Below, in pieces: positions 28,920 through 42,558 of a stretch of 64,000 nucleotides of DNA; positions within the stretch are counted from its first letter, which is position 1; each line of letters opens with the position of its first letter. The notes beneath the pieces were generated by a model that was not told the DNA's origin, ran no database searches, and worked only from the letters and a program-made list of their open reading frames with translations. A program made the position numbers and the translations under genes. The stretch is from Entomortierella parvispora E1425 (lineage: Eukaryota; Fungi; Mortierellomycota): positions 1,736,001-1,800,000 of the forward strand of contig BQFW01000010.1 in NCBI GenBank assembly GCA_020891255.1, written 5' to 3'.

Positions 28920-30749
28920 TCACGATCTGAGAATCAAACCCGCCCATCCAACAACAAAAACCGAAGGTGGAACAGCCTTACTCTCCTTTACCACCTGCGC
29001 AAGAGTTCCTAAAGTCGCGTCCATAGTCCTCTCGTTCGGACAGTGTGCATTCTCGACAATCACCACAGGCACATCGGAAGGCCAGCCCAGACTTGAGCTC
29101 TGCATCAACTCTGAGATCTCCTGGGCCTTGCCCACACCCATCAAAATCACCACCGTTTTCTTCAGATCGTAGGTGGGAAAGTTGTCTGGTAATACTCCGC
29201 CTTTAGCTTGTGCCGTTGTAATGATAACCTGATCTGCAGATCCCCTGTGCGTCAAAGGCACACCGGCCGCCAAAGGTGCAGAAAGCGCAGATGAGATCCC
29301 AGGAACAACCTCAGCCTCGAATCCATGATCCCTGAAAAAAAGGACTTCTTCTGCGCCTCGACCAAAGATGAAGGGATCACCTTGCTTCAGTCGTACAACC
29401 GTCTTGCCCTCACGAAGACCTTCCAGGCACCATTCATTCAGCTGATCTTGAATATAATCGGAGGCCGTTGATGTCGACGAGTTTTGATCGGTCCCTGACT
29501 GGAGTTCGATCTGCAGAGATGCACGTTTCTTTGGTGCAATTCGAACCTCGCCCTTGGCTAGGTCAATGACCTCACTTGGGATAAGTCGATCTGAAATGAC
29601 CAAATCTGCCTCCTCCAGAAGCCGGACCGCCTTGCGTGTAAGGAGCTCTGGATCTCCGGGACCTGCTCCAACGAGAATGAGTCTTGGGCCTGCAGCAACA
29701 GTGCTGTCAGATGAGGGGATGGACAGCAGATTCTTCTCGTCGGTTGGAGCAGCATCCGTGCGCTTGAATTCAATATTCTTGTAGGTCTCGTCCTTGATTT
29801 TTTTGCGCACCTCCTCCAAAGAGTAGACAATGTTATCCTTGAATCCTTGCAAGACCCACTTTGTAGACTCATCATCAAGCTCCGCGAGTTCCTCCATCTT
29901 CCACTCCTCACAGACACGACTCATCCACTGCATGCGCTTTGGTCCTACTTCTGGTCCAGGCGCCATTTTTCGAAGTTGAGCCCTCAGCTTCCCAACTTTC
30001 TCAATTGCTTCACCAACCCGGTTCGGCAGATGATCGGCAATATGACGTCGAATCAGGTTCGCAAGCTTGGGTCCTTTACCCGAGGTCGAGACTGCTACTT
30101 GCAGGCTTTGATCGCGATGTGTGGAGCAAAAGTAGAAGTCGCATTGAGGTGGGACATCAGCGATATTCACTGGGATTCTCAGTGATTTGCAAAGATGATA
30201 AATGTGGGTTGAGAGAGGGATGTCGTCAATGGCGGACAGGACCATGTCAACTGGAGGCTCGGCTGATCCTAAACCGCTACTCTCTCCAGTAATCGTAGGG
30301 CATGTTACGATCTGCTCCTTTCGTTCTTGGTTGTATGCAATTGTTGAAGTTGAGAACGAATAGGTGTCTTTGTGCTGCCCAAAGGCCGTGGTAAGATCTG
30401 AATCTTGGAATGAACGCAGGACTAGTCGAGTAGTGTCAGGGTGATCCTGTAGATGTTGTCGAACAGTTTCTGAGAGTGGGTCCTGTTCAGAATCGGGACA
30501 GATAACGGTGACTTTTGCATCAGCCTCAAGGACATTGACAAGTCCTAAGAAAGTAATCATGGGTGAGATGAAGTTTGATTCCAGCCACAGTTAACCCTGG
30601 GGAAAAATCTAGGAATCAAGAAGTGAATAGTTCTTACTGCCTGCGGCGACAAATCCTCCGCCAATGATGATGGCATGCCTCTGCTTAATCTGCCAAGCAA
30701 GGATGAGTGAGGCTCCAGGACGAATAGGGTCGATTGCTGAACGGACCAT
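28920..30749 (-). CDS. MET1: Siroheme synthase (Met8-like dehydrogenase/chelatase domain fused to uroporphyrinogen-III C-methyltransferase)
   Basis: Exon 1 (30749-30638) has IIGGGFVAAG; exon 2 has VNIADVPPQCDFYF and VSTSGKGP, then LVGAGPGDPELLT, VRLKQGDPFIFGRGAEE and VPGISSA. Confidence 0.92.
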
Positions 30750-31297
30750 TTTGACGGAGCTGTTTGATGTTGGTTGCAAGGTAGCGGAAGATAATGAGTA
30801 AGTTAGGAAGATCAGGGAGAGTGAGAGAGATGAAGAGCTGGAAGAGGCGAGAAGATCGAGTCGAAGATAAAGGGAGGGGTGGGTCAGCTTTGATCATCAA
30901 ATGGCGCGATAATGAAATGGCGCGAAAAAGCGCAGAGCCAGTGACTGCCTGTTCAATTGCACCATCAAACCTTGGCGGCCAATCACCGAGAGGAAGCATT
31001 TTTGGTGGCGTTCCAAAGGTGCGTTTTGTCACGTGGGCAAACCCAGTGGTCCATTTGGACAGCCCTATCTGCATATCTGCCAGACAGACTGAAAGTCCGT
31101 CAGTGCGGGGTCCACTGGCCTTCTTTTTTGTTGTCCGCACCATCCCTCTGTCGCACACGCCATCTCAAAAACTTCGGCCTCGTTGGTTGCCAGACCATGT
31201 CCCAGCAGCCTCCGCTTGATTGACCAATCCATCCAGAATCGGGAATTAGGAATCCTCCTTTTGCTCTTGACCATCTTCATCGCCACCCTCTCTGACC

Positions 31298-33672
31298 ATG
31301 GCAAAAGCTGGCCTGCAACGGTCCGGACATGGTCTGTCCGCCACGCTTTCGCTGGCCCATAATCACGACCCCCAAACTCTTAAATCCGAACATCCTAATG
31401 GCCGTCTTGATCAGCAGTGCCAGGGAGCCTCCAAACATGAGCGCTTTGCCATTCAGCGCGCGCTCGGATTCAAGAATGTTGTCATTTATATCCTCCTTTT
31501 CCTTAACATTGCCTTAATCACCCGGATGTTTTCAAATTACCATCGCGCACCTTCCAAGCATTGCCGAGGCCATGCTTCCCACTCAAGCGACTTTACCCTT
31601 TGGACCCTACCCGAGCAGGAACACGAGGGAGAGGATGCTACCTCGATTGATTTTTGGATCAAGATGGGCCTTATCGTATTCCTTGTCATGATTGGCGGCA
31701 TCTTTGCGGGTATGTTCTGCAGGTTTCTTTTCACTGGCAAGAGTTTCTATATTGGTGACTAAAACTTTACTTTGACTTGGTAGGATTGACCATTGGATTG
31801 ATGGGTTTGGACGAGACAAACCTCCACGTATTGATGGCCTCTGGATCGTCGAATGAGCAGGTCAATGCTGAGATAGTCTTTTCACTTTTGTCCCGAGGAA
31901 AACACTGGGTGCTGGGTAAGAGTTGACGCACGTAGCTCTTGGTTTTTCATCCTCCATTTTATTGCTGATGACCTGACGACCTACCTTTTCTTGATCGCTC
32001 CCTAGTTACTCTTTTGCTGGGAAACGTTATTGTCAATGAGGTATGGTGTCCACTCGATTTTGCACGTAACGATTGCATTACTGGGGAATATCTTTTAATG
32101 AATTTTCTTTCTTCATAGACGCTGCCAGTGGTACTGGACTCGGAGCTTGGTGGTGGCGTTGTAGCCATTCTGATCTCAACGTTATTGATTGTGATTTTTG
32201 GAGAGTAAGCTTCACTGTCAACCTCACAACCTCGTTCTGTTTTGACCCTTTTGATTAATTCTGTGTCCTTGCGGCATTCTCTTCTTAGGATTATCCCGCA
32301 GGCTGTCTGTGCCAGATATGGTCTCGCGATTGGCGCTTATTGTGCAAAGCCAATGTTGGTTTTCATGTACATCATGTCTCCAGCTGCCTATCCCATTGCC
32401 ATGCTCCTTGATTCTTGGTTGGGAGTTCATCATGGAACGACGTACCGTCGGACAGAGTTGAAGACCTTGGTCTCTCTGCACCAGGTCGATGGAATCGGCG
32501 AGCTCACAGATGACGAGGTTACCATCATCGCCTCAGTCCTCGATCTGAAAGAGAAACCAGTGTCTATGGTCATGACTCCTCTGGAAGATGTCTTTACACT
32601 GAGCGAGGATGCAATTCTGGATGAAGAGCTAATGGAGGAAATCATGTCAGCAGGGTTTTCTCGCATCCCAATCTATCGCCATGACGATCCAAGCAATTTC
32701 ATTGGTATGCTACTGGTGAAGAGACTCATCACGTATGATCCAGAGGATCACATCGCCGTTCGACAATTTGCAATCAGCTCTTTGCCAGAGGCTGCGCCCA
32801 ATACCTCTTGTCTGGATATCCTCAATTTTTTCCAAGAAGGCAGATCTCATATGGCGATTGTGACTTCAGAGCCAGGCGGATTTGGATTGCCTGTAGGTGT
32901 GATCACCTTGGAGGATGTCATCGAGGAGCTTTTAGGAGAGGAAATCGTGGACGAGTCGGATGTGTACGTTGATATTCACAACAAGATTCGAGTGATTCGG
33001 AAACCTGTCAGGAATGTCCATCTTATCAAGAACCTCAAGTCTCTTTTGCAGTCCCCTGCATTGAGCGATGCGGCTCTTGTCAGTGCAGCGGTCTCTCCCC
33101 ATTTGCCAGCCCCTGCAACTTTGCCTGGCTATGGTGCCGTGACTGGACACAGCGCGCCACATCAATTGGCTGTCCCCGTTGAACACTCGAACGCGTTTAT
33201 AGCCAGCGGCAAGACGATATTGCAGTCTCAACAGTCGGATGTTGCTGAAGCCAAAATGTCAAGGCACAACTCTACCGTGGAGGAGCGTCAGGCTTTACTT
33301 GAACAGAATGGGTCTCGGCATAACTGCGCGTTCAAGACTGGAGGTCCATCCAAGCCTCCTTCACTCCCAAAGGAGATCTTGTCGACGATATCATATGGCT
33401 CCACCCATAATCCTGGATCTCCGGTGTTGTCTGCTGCACCTGGGCAAGTAGTGATTGATATGTTGGCAGATGACGGGAGTAAGGCAAAGTTACCTCAGAC
33501 CCAGGGTGTTCATCAGTCGGACTCTTCATCTACGCTGCAGTCGATGGCGGAAGATAGCCAGGGTGCCGTCCTTACGACGACAACACCCCTTTCCAGCGCC
33601 AATGCCTCTACAACAGGCACGAGCCCGAAGAGCAAAAAGAAGAAGAAAAAGAGCAAATCCAGCAGGTCCTGA
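31298..33672 (+). CDS. MAM3: DUF21/CNNM plus CBS-pair metal homeostasis membrane protein
   Basis: [62 protein letters not shown] and [22 protein letters not shown] across 5 exons. Confidence 0.92.
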
Positions 33673-34074
33673 CAGAGCAACCGTGTTTGTGGTCGCCAAT
33701 ACGCCAATAAATAGCAATACACGAAGTTGAACTTCAGAAAAGAAAGCAAGAGAGCGAAAGAAAGAGAGATTGAGAACGAGAGAGGAAAAGACAGAGATAG
33801 AGTGAGAGAGGAGCATAGAGCAGTAACACTGGTTGGTGTAGATGAGAGAGGAAGGAGAGACCATTCGATGATGCCGATGGTGGTGATGATGACGGGGGTG
33901 TCGTGCCGTGTGCCCTTTCCCTTTCCCTTCTCCCCTGGCCTGTGTGTCGTTGCTGTCTGTCTTCTGTCTGTCTGTCTTTCTGTCTTTCTGTTCTCATCCT
34001 TCGTCGTCTCGCTTGCAGCTCTTCTCCGTCCATTTGTCCTCCTTCCTTTCTTCCTTTCGTCCGACCCCCTGGCC

Positions 34075-34131
34075 TCTCTGTCTCTCTGTCTCTCTGTCTC
34101 TCTGTCTCTCTGTCTCTCTGTCTCTCTGTCT
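34075..34131. repeat. (CTCTGTCT)n octamer microsatellite in the MAM3-KIN1 intergenic region
   Basis: About 7 tandem CTCTGTCT units. Confidence 0.9.
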
Positions 34132-34923
34132 CCCCTTCACTCTGCATTCATCCATTTTGCTCATTCATCCCTCCATCCCTCCATCAACCCTTCTGCCCCT
34201 CCTCATTGGAGCAGCCAGCCACCTGAGGACTCTATTTTTTGTCAATTCAAGCAGACTGGTGAGTCCCCGCTGTCCATGCCTGTTGACCATGAGATCGGCT
34301 CGTTTTGCGAGCGACTGAACATGCGGTGACCCAACCCGATATCCCTTCCCATCCATTCCATTCCATCCCCGCCCAGACGACCGTTGCTGCCTGCCTCAGC
34401 AACGAACAAGAGATGGGCAGCGGGAAGGAGAGAGAGAGCGAGCGAGCGAGAGGAGCAGAAAGAGAGGTCGGCAGCAGGCATTGGCTGTTGCTTCCTTTTT
34501 CTTTTCCTTGTCCACTCTGGCACCATCTGGTGCGTCTTTTCTTTGTTCTCAAGCACCTTTGCCTCTCTTCCCTCTGCCTCTGCTCCCCTCCTTGCGCTTG
34601 CAGTCCTTCTGCTGCCGTCCTTTGTTCCTTTGTTCCCTCGTCCTTTCGTTCTTCGGCTTTGCGGCTCTCTTTTCTCTTTATCTTTTCTCTATTTTTTGTA
34701 TCCCCTCATCTCTCTTCTCTCTTTCTCTTCTCTTCCCTTCCCCTCTTCTCTCTTGTCTTCTCCCCTCCCCACTCTCTCCCCTATCTCCACTCCATTCCTC
34801 ATTCTCATTCTCTTTCTCTCTTTTTCTCTCCCTCATTCTCATCATCTGCTCAACCCAAAACTTAATTAATCATTCTCTTCTCCCCTTTGTCATCCTCCAT
34901 CGGATAGAGTGTGCGTCTATGCC

Positions 34924-37900
34924 ATGGCAATCATGCCGCTATCCCCCAATTCCAATACCCTCGAGTCGCCCTCGCCCTCGACCAAAGCTTTGCACACCGC
35001 TCCTCTTCGCTCAACATCCCAGCCTTGCTATGACAAGGACCTCCCACCCACCCCTACATCCACGAGCCACTTGGCAACAATAGTCTCATCCATGGACCGC
35101 TCTCTGGCCCCATCCACATCCTCCTCCACAAAGACCATTCCGTCACAGTCCCACCAACACAAGCACGAGCACCATCTCCATCAGAACTCACCCCCCTCGC
35201 CTCTTCCCTCAAAAAATGGTCCTACTCCTGATACCTCCAACCCCAAGCTCCCTTCCTCGTCTTCGTCCTCCTCCACCACCTCCACCTCAGCCTCGGCCTC
35301 GCCAAAGACCCCTCAGCTCTCTTCTGCTCCATTGACCACCCCGACTGCAATGGAGACGATCCTCCCTGCAAACGGAGCACCCCCCGCAGAAGCCACGTCG
35401 TTGGCAGCCCCTTCAAGACCGGCCTCCTCGGGTTTGCCTCCAGGCGCTGCTCACGTTTCTAACAGAGCAGAGACTGGAGAGCTGTTAGCCTCACCGCCAA
35501 CGTCCTCCTTGGCGGATAACGGCAAGGAAAGGACTGTGGCCAAGAGGGTGACCCTCATGGGACCACCCCCTCCCTATCCCGGAGACGCACACACGGCTGC
35601 CTCCGCTACTGCGAGACCCACAGATATCCAAAGCGGCCCCTCTTCGCATCAATACCCTCATCATCCAGAGTTTCCTGCTCGTCAGCAGTATGAGCAGCGC
35701 ACCTCAGGTCCGGCCAGTGCCCTCATCTTGTCCCAAGATAATACCCCGTCGTCTTCACGCACCACCACGACTACCACTCGAACCCTCACTACACCAGAAC
35801 CCACAAACGGCTTTCACGGCCATCAAGTGACCCAGGAGAGAGGTGCCCCCCCTGGCCAATATGGCAGCATGGATCCAACGGCTCAGAGCTCCCCTTCTTC
35901 AAATCATTATCGGGCGGACAGTGCCTTTAATAATAATATCGACCAGGCCCAGACTTTGGCTCACATCGCCCAGGATGACCGCATGCAGCACCGCCGAGGC
36001 GACAGCACCAGCAGCCATGCAGCCGACACTCAAGCAAGTTACATCAACAACAGCAATAGCACCAGCACCAGCAACACCCAGCGTGCGGCGACAGGAGCGG
36101 CGGAAGGCCAGGCTACGACAGCGGCGGATGCCAATGGCGAGGATCCGTCACGGGTCAAACCTCGTCGTGTCCTTGGGAACTACCACATGTCCAAGACTCT
36201 TGGTGCAGGCAGCATGGGAAAAGTCAAGCTTGGAGTACATAGCCGCACTCGCGACAAGGTAAAAAGACAAACAAACACACGTCCTCAGTCATTTGAGATG
36301 AACAGACCCTCCCGTCAGCGTCCTGCTCCACCTCGGCAAGGACCTCTCTTGTGTCCAAGCTTCTTTGTTACACGTGACAAATCTGGCAACGGGCACAGGA
36401 CAGGTGCAAACAAATGAAAGAACTCCATCTAACCATGCTTTTGCCCTTGAACTGACTCCAGGTCGCGATCAAGATCATTCCAAGGGTGCAGCCCAATCCA
36501 AACATGACACCCGCCCAGCAGGAAAAGGAGGACAACCGAGAGACTAGAACTATACGCGAGGCATCCATTATGATGGTTCTGCATCATCCATATATCGTCA
36601 GCCTCTACGAGGTTATGGTCCTACCTCATCATTACTACATGGTTCTGGAGCATGTGGATGGTGGACAGATGCTGGACTACATTATTTCGCATGGCAAGCT
36701 TAAGGAAAAGCATGCTCGGAAGTTTGCTCGCCAGATTGCATCTGCTCTTGGTAAGTTTTCTCGACTCAAACATCCCGTCGCCGCATGGTACCCTACTTCA
36801 AGGCACTTACAAACCAAAACAATATCCAAACACTGTTTCTAGACTACTGTCATCGGAATTCGATTGTGCATCGGGATCTTAAAATCGAAAACATATTGAT
36901 CTCAAAGTCTGGTAACATCAAAATCATTGACTTTGGTCTCTCGAACCTCTACTCGCCTCGCTCGCACTTGTCGACCTTTTGTGGGTCGCTCTATTTTGCC
37001 GCTCCAGAATTGCTGAATGCCAAGGTGTATACAGGACCTGAAGTCGATGTCTGGAGTTTCGGAATTGTCTTGTATGTCCTCGTCTGCGGGAAGGTACCCT
37101 TTGATGACCAGTCCATGCCTGCGCTCCATGCAAAAATTAAGCGAGGCTTTGTCGAATACCCCGCCTGGCTCAGCAATGGTATGAATCAAGTTTAACTACA
37201 GCTACTGAACTGAAATGTCTCGCACCACCAGTAGTGCCAGTATCAAGTCATCTAATCCCGCCCTTGATTTTTTCCTTCGTAGATTGCAGGCATCTTCTCT
37301 CCAGGATGTTGGTGACTGTCCCAAGTCAGCGTGCAACAATGGCTGAAGTGTTGGCTCATCCATGGATGAACAAGTCATATGATCTCCCCCAGCCCAGCTA
37401 CTGTCCCCAGAGAAGCCCGTTAACAGAACCGCTGGATATGAACGTCATTCGTGGCATGACAGGTTTTGAATTTGGTACGGAGCAGGAGATTGCAGACCGT
37501 CTGCTGGCGATCATCCGCAGCGAATCATACCAAATTGCGGCCAAGAACTGGCATGCACTGAACATGTCCGTTAGTGGTACCCTGTCTCACAAGAAAAAGA
37601 TGCAAAGCTTCGCCAACAGAGAGGCGGAGCTCCAGATACCCTTGACAACTCCTCTCACTTCCATCTACCACCTCGTTCGGGAGAAGCAGGCCAGAGAGGC
37701 CATGCAGCGTATGTCTGCCCAAGGCCTGTCAGGTTCGTCTGCCCAGAACGGTGTGGGTCCTGTAGTAGATTCGGCCTCTGGATCTCACAGTCATCACCAG
37801 TATTCTCACTCATTGGCAGGACAACATCAGAGCTCTTCGCCCCATCCAGCTTACCCTCAACAACCACATCAGCACCCTTCCCAGGCGCCACTACCACCCT

Positions 37901-38601
37901 CGCATCGCCAGAGCATGAGTCATATGAATTATGACTCGGGTATGGCTGACAATCACAGCGGCCATGGCCACAGCAACACGATGGGTCATAGCAGTGCCCT
38001 TTCGTCTGCTAGGTCAACACTCAGTGGATTCGCCTCATTTGGACGCAAGAGCCTTCGACCACGCGCGAGATCGGTCGCAGGAGATCTGCTGCGATCCAAT
38101 ACTACAGGTCATGCCAATGGTGGATCGGGCAATAACGGTCACGGTCAAGAAGCGGGACACCACAATGGTCAGGCTCCTGGCCAGAGCAGAGAAGGCTCTA
38201 TCAAGAGTAGCAAGGGATCCGAGAGAGGTCTTGGCCAGTCTGCTGCAGCTCATGCGGCCCGATCGCTTTTTGGAAGTGTACGGGAGTCGAGTGGAGGAGT
38301 GTTGCGACGGCTGAGTCTGGTCTTTAACCATCATGGCGACCGTGACAAGGAGAAGGAGAAGGAGCGGGAGAGAGAACGTGTCGAAGGCGGCACTAGCGGC
38401 ACTGGTGCTAGTGGACATGCCAACCATGTGCGTCACCACTCCACCAAACTCGAACGAGCCTCCACAGCCCCACGGCCATTCAGTTTTGGCAGACCACAGT
38501 CGATGCGAGCACGACCTATTTCAATGGCTGAGTCCTTGGATCGACCATTGCCACCAATGCCCAGAGAGGCATATGAGCCTTCGTTCACATCTGTTCCTTG
38601 A
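34924..38601 (+). CDS. KIN1: Kin1/Kin2 (MARK/Par-1-like) Ser/Thr kinase with long low-complexity extensions
   Basis: [76 protein letters not shown], followed by UBA-like GMTGFEFG. In-frame ATG at 34924. Confidence 0.9.
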
Positions 38602-39350
38602 TGACATGTTGGACCGTTTTCCTTTTCCCCTTTATTTTTGATATCCCTATTCTATTCTATTTTCCCATCCCCCACCCATGGTCGATCCGTTCACCAAAAA
38701 AAAAAAAAAAAAAAAAAATAACGCTGGTTTTTTCTGAAAAAAAACAACACTAAAAATGACCTCAGTCGTAATAAAAAGCAAACGAAGCAACAGAAACTCA
38801 GAAAGTCAGAAACCCTTCAGGGAGTAAGTCAAATGGGATGCAGTAAAACTGCACTGCGGCTCTTTTCTCAAGGAGACAAATTTGAGGTCCACCAGCTCCA
38901 ATCCGTTTTGCGCAAGTCGTTGGAGTTCTGTGGGCAAAAACAACAGTCAAGCACGTCGGCGGTGCAAGTGGAATGCATGGATTCATATAATGACGATCTT
39001 GATGAGCATCGTTGGCCTTTCTAGATCAGGGTCATTGAAGCGGTTGTGTCGGAAAGTGGGTCAACCAAAGCATCAACGACAAATAGACCGTTGCTGCGGT
39101 GGTCTCTGGCGTGTGGGCAGAGCAGGGGAGGTGATCAGTCATCCGCAAATCAATTTTTTTTTTCTTTTCTTTTGATCTGCGGCGCCATTCTTTTCCCTCT
39201 CTCTCTCTCTCTCTCTCTCTTTCTTTCCTTTCTCTCTTGTCCTTCATCAGTCCATCCACACCCACACCCACTCCTCTCTCCCTCCCTCTCTTCCATCCAT
39301 ATATCGTTCATCCTCATAACTCCCGCCTTTGACCGCAAGTCACAATCTTC

Positions 39351-42300
39351 ATGGATCCTTCCACCCCAGCTCCAGCGTCAAGCAACGCTGCCGCATCGTC
39401 ATCCGACCAGCCTCCTCGGAACAGAAATCGTCGAGACGCGGGCAAAGGACAAACTGATTCATCATCCAAAGCAAACAAGGGCTCCACAGCGGAAAAGGGA
39501 AGCAAGGACAACCGTCATCACCAAAACACGCGCAAGAAGGAAAAGACCGACTCCTCTGCAGCCGGTGTTGCTGTTCCACCGCGCGCGCCTCGGACAATCG
39601 CTGCTACCGACCCCATCGATCTCCAAGCTGGCAAGACCGTGGTGGCTCCCCCAGCAGCTGCAGAGGCGCCTGTGGATGACGAGGATAGACCGCAATGCTT
39701 TATCTGCACGGAAAACATTGTCATTTTTGCTGTCTCGGACTGCAACCATCGCACATGCCATCTCTGCTCACTGCGTCTGCGTGCCCTCTACAAAACCAAG
39801 AACTGTGCATACTGCAAGGTATTCTATTTGCGAAATGGTTCTATGATATGTGAGGCTTTATGTCCAATCTGATACTCAATTGTCGAACAATTTGTTCTAG
39901 GCCGACCAAAGTCTGATGATCTTTACTAGAGACGCTGAGAAGCCTTTTCAGGAGTATGACCTCAAAGCCATGGCCTTCTTTGATCGCAAACTTAATGTCT
40001 ACTTTGAGGACCAGGAGATGTATGAGGACACCATGGTACTGTTGAGGTTCAATTGCCCGGACCCCACCTGTGAAGTTGCATGTCCTGATGGCTGGAATCA
40101 ACTCAAATCCCATGTCAAAAAAACGCACAAACTGATGCTGTGGTACGTTTCTCGACATATCCACCCGTGGATGTTTTATCCCCAACCTGCATATTGGACT
40201 AACCCCGTATTATCCCAACTGCTATTGTCATGTCATAGCGATCTTTGTGTTCGCCACAAGAAAGTCTTTGCTCATGAACATAATTTGATGACAGCTTCGC
40301 AGCTCATGAAGCACTTCAAGACAGGCGATGCTGGACAAAGCAACCAAAACTCTGCCGAACCATCCGGATTCAAGGGCCATCCAGAGTGTGGCTTTTGCAA
40401 GGAAAGTTTCTATGGTGACGATGAGCTCTTTGAGCACTGCAAAAAAAACCATGAACAGTGCTTCCTCTGTTTGCGGCGAAACATCCGTCACCAGTATTAC
40501 GACAAGTATGCTGACTTGGTAAGTGCATCGGTCGCTAGTGGGCACCAACATTTAAGGCGTATATTTTTAACTGCCCGAGAAGCTTTCGTGTGAACTGCGG
40601 CTAATCTCACACGTTTCTCCCCTTAGGAACGTCATTTGCACTCTGAACATTTTGCATGCATGGACCCCGAGTGCCTGGAAAAGAAGTTTGTGGTTTTTGA
40701 TTCAGAGCTGGATCTTAAGGGTCACGAGGCAGAGATGCACCCCCACGCCACACATGGCCAACGGACACGATTGAGAGATGCACGAAAGATTGATATCAGC
40801 TTCAACTACCAGTCTGCCAGCGACAACTCTCAAGGTCGTCGTGGCGGTCGTAATGCCCGTTCCAGCGGCCAAGGTTCGCGCCGTGAAGAGCAGGCGTCCA
40901 ATCAGCCTCAGTTGACGCCTCATCAGATCCAACAAATTGCCTTGCAACAACAGATGGCAGAAGAGCACGAAAGACGTATTCAGAATGAATCAACGGAGGA
41001 AGTCACCGAGTCTATGTCAGAGTTGTCGATGCAGGGTTCTGAGACCTCCAAGGGCGGCAAATCGATGTTGCGGACACGACCCCCAGCTGGCTTTGGCTCT
41101 TCGCTGTCAGAGCCCGCGCCAGTAAGACCTCAGAGCTCCGCAACGTCTGCTGCGGCCCGTGTTGCTGCCAATATTCAGCGCACCTCTAGTCCTCGCGCTC
41201 CTGTCCGGACAACTTCCCCTGTAGTGGTATCGCAGTCCAGGACTGAGTGGCCTGCTGTGTCTGCTGCAGTCTCTGTACCAACTGCTAGTCCCGCACCAAG
41301 AAAGCCGGCCGGTCAAGTGGCGCCAGAGACTCTTAGGTAAGATACTATTCCGCCATCAATACTTTTGCCTGTTACACCTCACCTACTCAAATACTAACAT
41401 TTAATGTTGCGATCATTATAGTAAGCATGCTCAACTCCAGGATAAGGTCCAGCAATACCTTCAGGGTACATCGGGCAGTCTCTCGCAGTTCAGGACGTTG
41501 ACTACGCAATTCCGGAATTCCCAGATCCCAGCCAACCAGTTCGTCGCTTCACTCTCGTCCCTGTTTGGATCCGACCTGGACAAGACTGGGAAAATCGTGC
41601 AAGGGCTATATGATGTTCTGGACTCTGAAACCAAGAAGGCAGAGATGATGCGTAATTGGCGAGACTTCAAGACTGTCCAGAGTCAGTTCCCCTCGTTGGA
41701 ATCAACCGTTACCTCCAACCCAACTTTGGCCGACATTGTGACGCCCTCAACCCGCCGAGTTTTGGTGATCAAGTCCTCTGGAACGACACGCGGAGGCTCA
41801 GGGCACATAAAGCCAAAGTCGACGAGCACTTGGGATCGTGCTGCTGCAGCTGCGTCGTCACTGAATCGAACCAGTTCTCCTGGATCTAGAACCAACACGC
41901 CAGTTTTTTATCCCACACCGCAGCTCAACTCATCTGCAGCCTGGTCTTTACCTTCTGAAAGCTCAGCTGAGGTCAGTAACAGCAACGCCCCCTCCTCCAG
42001 TACCAGTGCACCAAAGACAAGAGTCGGCGGCAGTATGGCCCAGAGTAGCAAGGGCCCAGGAGCAACGGTATCATGGGCAGGTATTCCGCAGACCTCCTCT
42101 GGCTCAAACTCTCCTGCACCACAGTTCCGTCCATCCTCCTCGTCGGCCTACAGACCTATAGTAGCTGCTGATCAATTCCCTTCGTTGGTGAGCCAGGCGC
42201 CTATTGGGGCCAAGCCAACTTTTGGTTTGTTGCCAATGCAAAAGAGCCGCAGTCAACAAGATGACACGCCAAATGGGTGGGTCACCGGATGGAGCAGCCT

Positions 42301-42385
42301 GTCGGCTGAGCAGGAAGAAGAAGAGGAGCCAACTAGCGGAAAGAAGAAGAAGAACAAGAAGAAGATCCTTTTCCACGTCGGTTAG
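39351..42385 (+). CDS. HEL2: RING/C2H2 E3 ligase Hel2/ZNF598 (ribosome collision sensor)
   Basis: RING CFIC...CNHRTCHLCSLRLRALYKTKNCAYCK, then FKGHPECGFCKESFYGDDELFEHCKKNHEQCFLC and HFACMDPECLEKKFVVF; ends KKILFHVG*. Confidence 0.92.
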
Positions 42386-42558
42386 AGCAGAAATAAAATA
42401 ATAATTGTAGACCTCAATATCAAGATCAAACACAGCAGTAAAGCCATGTGGGAGCTCCCAGCCCTTCATCCATGAATTAAACAACACAGAGATTGCAGCA
42501 GTTGAGAGGCATTTTTTTATTTTGTAATTTTTTTGGTCTTTTTGTATTTGTTTTCATC

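Noticed and set aside
31486-31510. ATATCCTCC and TTCCTTAAC, resembling U12 intron signals
   Set aside because: They lie next to each other inside MAM3 coding exon 1 (VIYILLFLN), with the wrong spacing for an intron.
33727-35083. Many overlapping L/S/F-rich or R/E-rich ORFs (also 48.1-50.4 kb)
   Set aside because: These are translations of CT-rich low-complexity leaders and microsatellites.
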